A DNA stretch of 64,000 bases from Podarcis liolepis. Its lineage: Eukaryota. This document shows, piece after piece, positions 59,394 through 64,000 of this stretch (position 1 is its first letter; the number at the start of each line of letters is the position of its first letter). Location of the stretch: the NCBI GenBank assembly GCA_965112155.1, contig OZ218114.1; one strand, 5' to 3'. The notes beneath the pieces are model-generated. The model was not told where the DNA came from and did no database searches. It saw only the letters and a list, made by a program, of their open reading frames with translations. A program made the position numbers and the translations under genes.

Positions 59394-61429
59394 ATGGCGG
59401 TGGGTGGGTGTCCTTCAGTCCCCTGACCTTGGGTCTCCAAACGAGTGATGCAATCAGCCTCTCTTTCTAGTGCACTGTGACGCAAAAGAGGCTAGTATTT
59501 GACTGAAGACCAGGAGGGCTGTGTAACTGGCTTAGGAAACAGAGTGAGAGAGACCAAAGGAACTCTGGCTTGTTTATTATTGTTGTTATTATTATTATTT
59601 TGCCTGACTACAGCCAGGCCTGCTTCTCCAAGCCTTACAGCCTGCTGGTTAAGCCTCCTGGTAAAAAGTCTGGTGCTTCAGCATTAGCAGTGGGCTCCTG
59701 TACAACTGTGTGATGAAAACGAGCTCTCCGCTCCAACTTTTTCCTGGTGCCTCTTGTGTTCCAAGCTCTGTATGAGGAGGATCTCTAGTAAGCCTGTGTT
59801 GCCCTCATCAAAGATATACAGCGTGGAACTAAACTGACTGGATTCTGGAACTGGAAGAGTTATTTTCCTGGGGAGGTGGATTGAAGATGTAAATAATGTT
59901 CAGCACTAACATCTCTGTAACCCTTCACTTAATAGCGGTTTACTTGCTTGAGCTATAAAGTGTGTGAATGTGGGTGAAGAGAACTATGGGTCTTGCTGTA
60001 TATGTATGTATACTCTTGCTTCCTTTCTGAACAACTGCCTCTCTCTCCCTCCCGCCTTCCCAATTCTTTGGTATTTCTTTGAGAGCCAAGAAGAGCTGCT
60101 TCATAGAAAAGGCCCAGTTCTGTGGCTAATCTTGCTCAGGATTAGATTTCTGGTATAGTTTGTGGGTGGTAGAAGCTGGGCCTGCAGGCAGATGGCTGTT
60201 ATCTGAGCTGGTTCCTCCCATCTCCTCTGCTGCAATTAGCTTCCTACCACCCCCTCACTTCACCTCCTTGGTTCTTGACTTTGCAAGAGCAATTATGAAT
60301 TGGAACTGTGCTGCAAGCCACAGGGAGCTTGCTTCCTGCTCCTTCATCTTTCTTGGGGCACCATCTTCTACCACAGAGGGAGGAATAATCTTTGAGGCTA
60401 GATGCAGGCTTGAGCTTCCTCCCACAGCTGCCTGCTCTTTTCTCTCTGGAGATAATGAGGAAAATGCAGTTCATCCTAAACCATGAATTGATGTATGTTG
60501 GGACAAAATACCTTAATTTTACATATACCTCGTGGTCTGTGAATCTGATGGTGAGTTGCCAGGAATGAGACCTTGTGGGTGGCAGTGGATAGCTCAATGA
60601 AGTTGTTGACATAGCATGTGGTAGCTGTGAAAAAGGACAATTTCCATGCTAGGGATCATTGGGAAAGAAACTGAAAAGAAAACTGTTGATATCATAATGC
60701 AACACCAATCTATGGAAAAAATATTACATTGTTAGAAAAGGGCACCCAAAATGATGGATGGAATGACTGGTTTAGAGAAAAGTTTGGTAAAAGGGGTGAA
60801 GGAGTTGGTTGCTCTCACTTGGTTGGGCTGTTACTGGCATACAGGACTAGGTGGTGTGTGGGCTACAGCAGCAGAGCTGCTCTTACACTATTTATAGTTA
60901 TGCTCTTTGGGAGCTGGGGTTCCTAATACGCATCGTTAAACCTCTTCACTTCCATCAGTTGGTCCAATCCCCTTGTAATAAAACACATGCGAATTTCCTT
61001 GCTGGATCCAATCAAGCACCACACTCGTCTACTATCCTGCCAGCTGCACTTGCTAATTAGGCCACCTACAATAAACTCATTTGCAGCACCATCAGGGATG
61101 AACACCAGTCAGTGGGTCCCATTTTCAGTATGCAGTGATATACCGTACTTCTTATGCACCTGGGGTCTCCATATTACAGGATGAGAAGCCCGAGAGACCT
61201 CTCTGTTTAAAGTAGCGTTCGTTGTCAGCTCATCTTGTAGCAGAGAGTTACACAGGAAGCAGCTATACACCAACCAGACCATTGGCCCTTCTGCCTCATT
61301 GGCTGGCAGCGGCTCTCCCAGACCTTTCAAGCAGCGTTCCCTCTATTTTAGAATAAATCTCATGACACTTTTGAAGGCGATTTGCAGGTAGTTTGCAAAA
61401 TACTATAGGCCAGCCCCTTTCAAACGCCT

Positions 61430-61960
61430 AACTAGCGTACTCGGGCAGGAGACGCTCCACTGCCCGTAAAATATGCGGCCGGAGCCACGTGCAGCGCCCG
61501 CAGCGCCTCACTGCAAGGACCGGAACGCGAGGCGATCCAGCGGCGCCCCCGGCTTCACGTTTCCGAAAAGGGCGTGCGCCGCGTCGACGGCAATTACGGT
61601 ATAAAGGGGCATCGGGAGCCACCTCCCATTCATGGAAAGCCGCCTGTGGGAGGGACAGGAAGCCGGAAGTGACGTCCGGGACGGGGAGGCGCATGCGTGA
61701 CTCCGCGGAGTGGCGATGGAACCGGCAGCGCCTAGTTGACCCAGAGCGGGACCCCCTCCAGCCCTCGCCCCGCCTGCCTGCCGGCAACCCTTCGCTGCTC
61801 GGCGCCACCAGCGGCATGACCAGCTCGCCGCCCGCTTCGGTGAGCCTCTCCGCCGCTGCCTTGACCGGCGCTTCGCTCGCTTTGGGGAGGGGGAGGGAGA
61901 GAGGGGACGAAGGGGCGGGGCTTCCAGGGGCTCAGCCAATGGTGGAGAACATCGCGAGGT
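61430..61960 (+). promoter_or_regulatory. CpG-island housekeeping promoter of the next gene (probably HMBS)
   Basis: ETS-CRE composite CCGGAAGTGACGTC (about 61663-61676), NRF1-like GCGCATGCGT (about 61689-61698), GC and CCAAT boxes. Confidence 0.75.
61816..61839 (+). CDS. HMBS: Probable housekeeping exon 1 of hydroxymethylbilane synthase (rest of the gene lies beyond the window)
   Basis: ATG ACC AGC TCG CCG CCC GCT TCG | GTGAGC: a short phase-0 first coding exon. Identity rests on conserved VPS11-HMBS synteny only; no catalytic-domain sequence is visible. Confidence 0.5.
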
Positions 61961-64000
61961 GACCTCTGTGCATGGTGGTGACCTCACGCGCGTCGCGGGG
62001 GTCTTTAATGAGATGCAGATGAGTTCAGCCCCCGCGGGTGGGCCTGGGGACGGGGGTTGTCTCCGACCATGGCTGCCTATCTGCTACTCTTCCCCACCCC
62101 CGACTCTCTCTTTTCCTACACTTGTGTGTCCTCCAGTGTTGCTTTTCTTAGGAAGGGGGAATATAGTTGTTAAATGGTAGTGCTAGTTTGATTTTTATGA
62201 AATTTGATTTATATACACGCACACACAATTTTGTTTATGATAGCAGCAGTAGCAAGAACAACAACAGGGCACTGGCCTCGTTCAAGTGCTCGTTCAAGTG
62301 TTTCATGTTAGTATCCCTGTAATCCGCTTTATATCTGCAGAGAAACATTGGGAGAGGCTGGTGTTTCTCCCAGGGCTATTTTGCCCTTTGCCGGTCAAGG
62401 GAGGCAGGTTGCATTTCTAGAATGTGCTCCTGCCAAAATCAGATGCCTCTTGTTTCTTGCACAACCTTGTGCAACTTGAGCTCTGCCTCTGTGTAGCAAG
62501 GCACTCTTGCCTAATCCACAGGGTGGCTTTGTAGGACACACCTTTGCCCTGTTAGGTAGTACACTGTACAGATACCTCCAGGCAGTTTCTACTAGCAGCC
62601 AAGGTGAGCCAGAGTGTGGTGGCGGCGAAGAGAAGTGTGGGTTTGCTGCTTTCAGGTGCCCTCTTGCATTCCCCTCTGCTATAGGGTGCTTCATCAAGCT
62701 GTTTTTCTAGTTTCTGCATGCACACTCACACTTTCACTTACCCTTTCAAAGTTCCGCTGGGAATACATCCCATAGCCTTCCCATGGGGAGACTGTTATAT
62801 TAGCTTCCAAACCTGAGACTTTGCCTGGATTTTGGGCTGTTGGGCCTGAGCCTTTTGGGTGATACTGTATGGTGGACACCTACACAGCTTGCCTGTTTCT
62901 GTGTTTTCAGTCCCAGATTCATACAAATTCTCTTCTCTCTTCACACTAAGCACCTCTTTCTGTCCCCCTTGGCTGCATAATTGCCCTACAAACACAGAAA
63001 CTGCTGCTTTCAGCACCCTGATGGTATCTCTCTTTTTCTTCCCTAAAGCTAAGCAGCTAGTGCTCATGGCTATGTTTGATGAAGACTGAAGGGAACTGAT
63101 GATTTGGGGTTGACTCCCAGAAGTCACACATGGGGCTTCTGTACCTTGTGACTACCAATCTCTCCTATGAACTATTGATATGTACTGCCCATATTCAGCT
63201 CTACTGCCCACCTGTGCCCCATTCCTGTGTTTTGCCCTAACTCCCTGCATCCCATTTCTTGTCTATGTACTCCTTTCCATGGCCACTATCCTAAGAGGAG
63301 CCACATTCTCTTGGGAGATGTCCTAGAAAGTAAATACCAGGCCAGCTTGTGCACTTCCTTGCTGCAGAACTATGTGGATGGCACAGATAGCACTGGCCAC
63401 CATGGGTGGAAGCAAGTTGGTTCTCAGGATGATAGCTTCCTGCATTCTGATCCATTGAGATTATAGTTGTTTGCCATGCAGTTTGATTGTATCTCCCCTT
63501 CTGCGCCGCCACCCTCCCCTTGCCCTATATTGCAAATAAGTAGTTGAAATGTCCCTTGTTCACTTGTGCAAATGGCCCCTTTGTCAATTGCTTTGCCCTG
63601 GGAGATTGTCTTCTGCTGCCTGTCTTTCCCAGAACAATTTCTTTCTGTGCAAAACCCGGAGAGGTCCTTGCAAGCAGCCCCTGCAGCTGCAGTTCCCTCC
63701 AGGCTCAGTTCCTTCCTTCTCCCCACCCCCCTTGAACACCCTTTTTCCTTCTCTGCCTTATCTCTGCTGCCAGGTTGGGGCTAGTTTGCAAGGAGAGACT
63801 CCCTTGATTAGACGCTGACAGAGCAAGGCAGCAGGTCTTCTTCTCCCCTTTAGCAAAGACATCTTTCTCCTCCTCCTCTTCACTGGGTCCTGGGTTGCAA
63901 ACCTCATTGAGATGGCAAAGGTGGTGCTGCAGGACAGTCAGGTAAGAGGTGTATGTCTCTCCAGGCCTCTTTGCGGGTCTGCGGAAATATTTCCAAATCT

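Overview
Vertebrate genomic DNA, with repeat content typical of a squamate (probably a lacertid lizard). It carries the conserved gene block CENATAC/CCDC84 (+, 3' part), RPS25 (-), TRAPPC4 (+), SLC37A4 (-), HYOU1 (-), VPS11 (+) and the probable 5' end of HMBS (+). I reconstructed exon chains by eye from splice sites and protein similarity; the complete genes close in frame (RPS25 125 aa, TRAPPC4 219 aa, SLC37A4 429/451 aa, HYOU1 992 aa, VPS11 923 aa). The most striking non-genic structure is an 820-bp insertion in the last HYOU1 intron (30794-31613). It is bounded by a perfect 14-bp target-site duplication and has 231-bp near-perfect inverted arms. Its spacer carries a minimal type-I hammerhead ribozyme with a palindromic stem III, in the same sense as the HYOU1 pre-mRNA, which is the signature of a young Penelope-like retroelement pLTR. 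Other points: a U12-type AT-AC intron and a GC-AG intron in VPS11; the 66-nt vG6PT alternative exon of SLC37A4; two compact bidirectional promoters; a solo LTR flanked by a ~100-bp duplication; an intergenic CpG island with cell-cycle/RFX motifs; a candidate coding erythroid first exon of HMBS; and many MITEs, SINEs and LINE fragments. Most ORFs in the supplied track are spurious.
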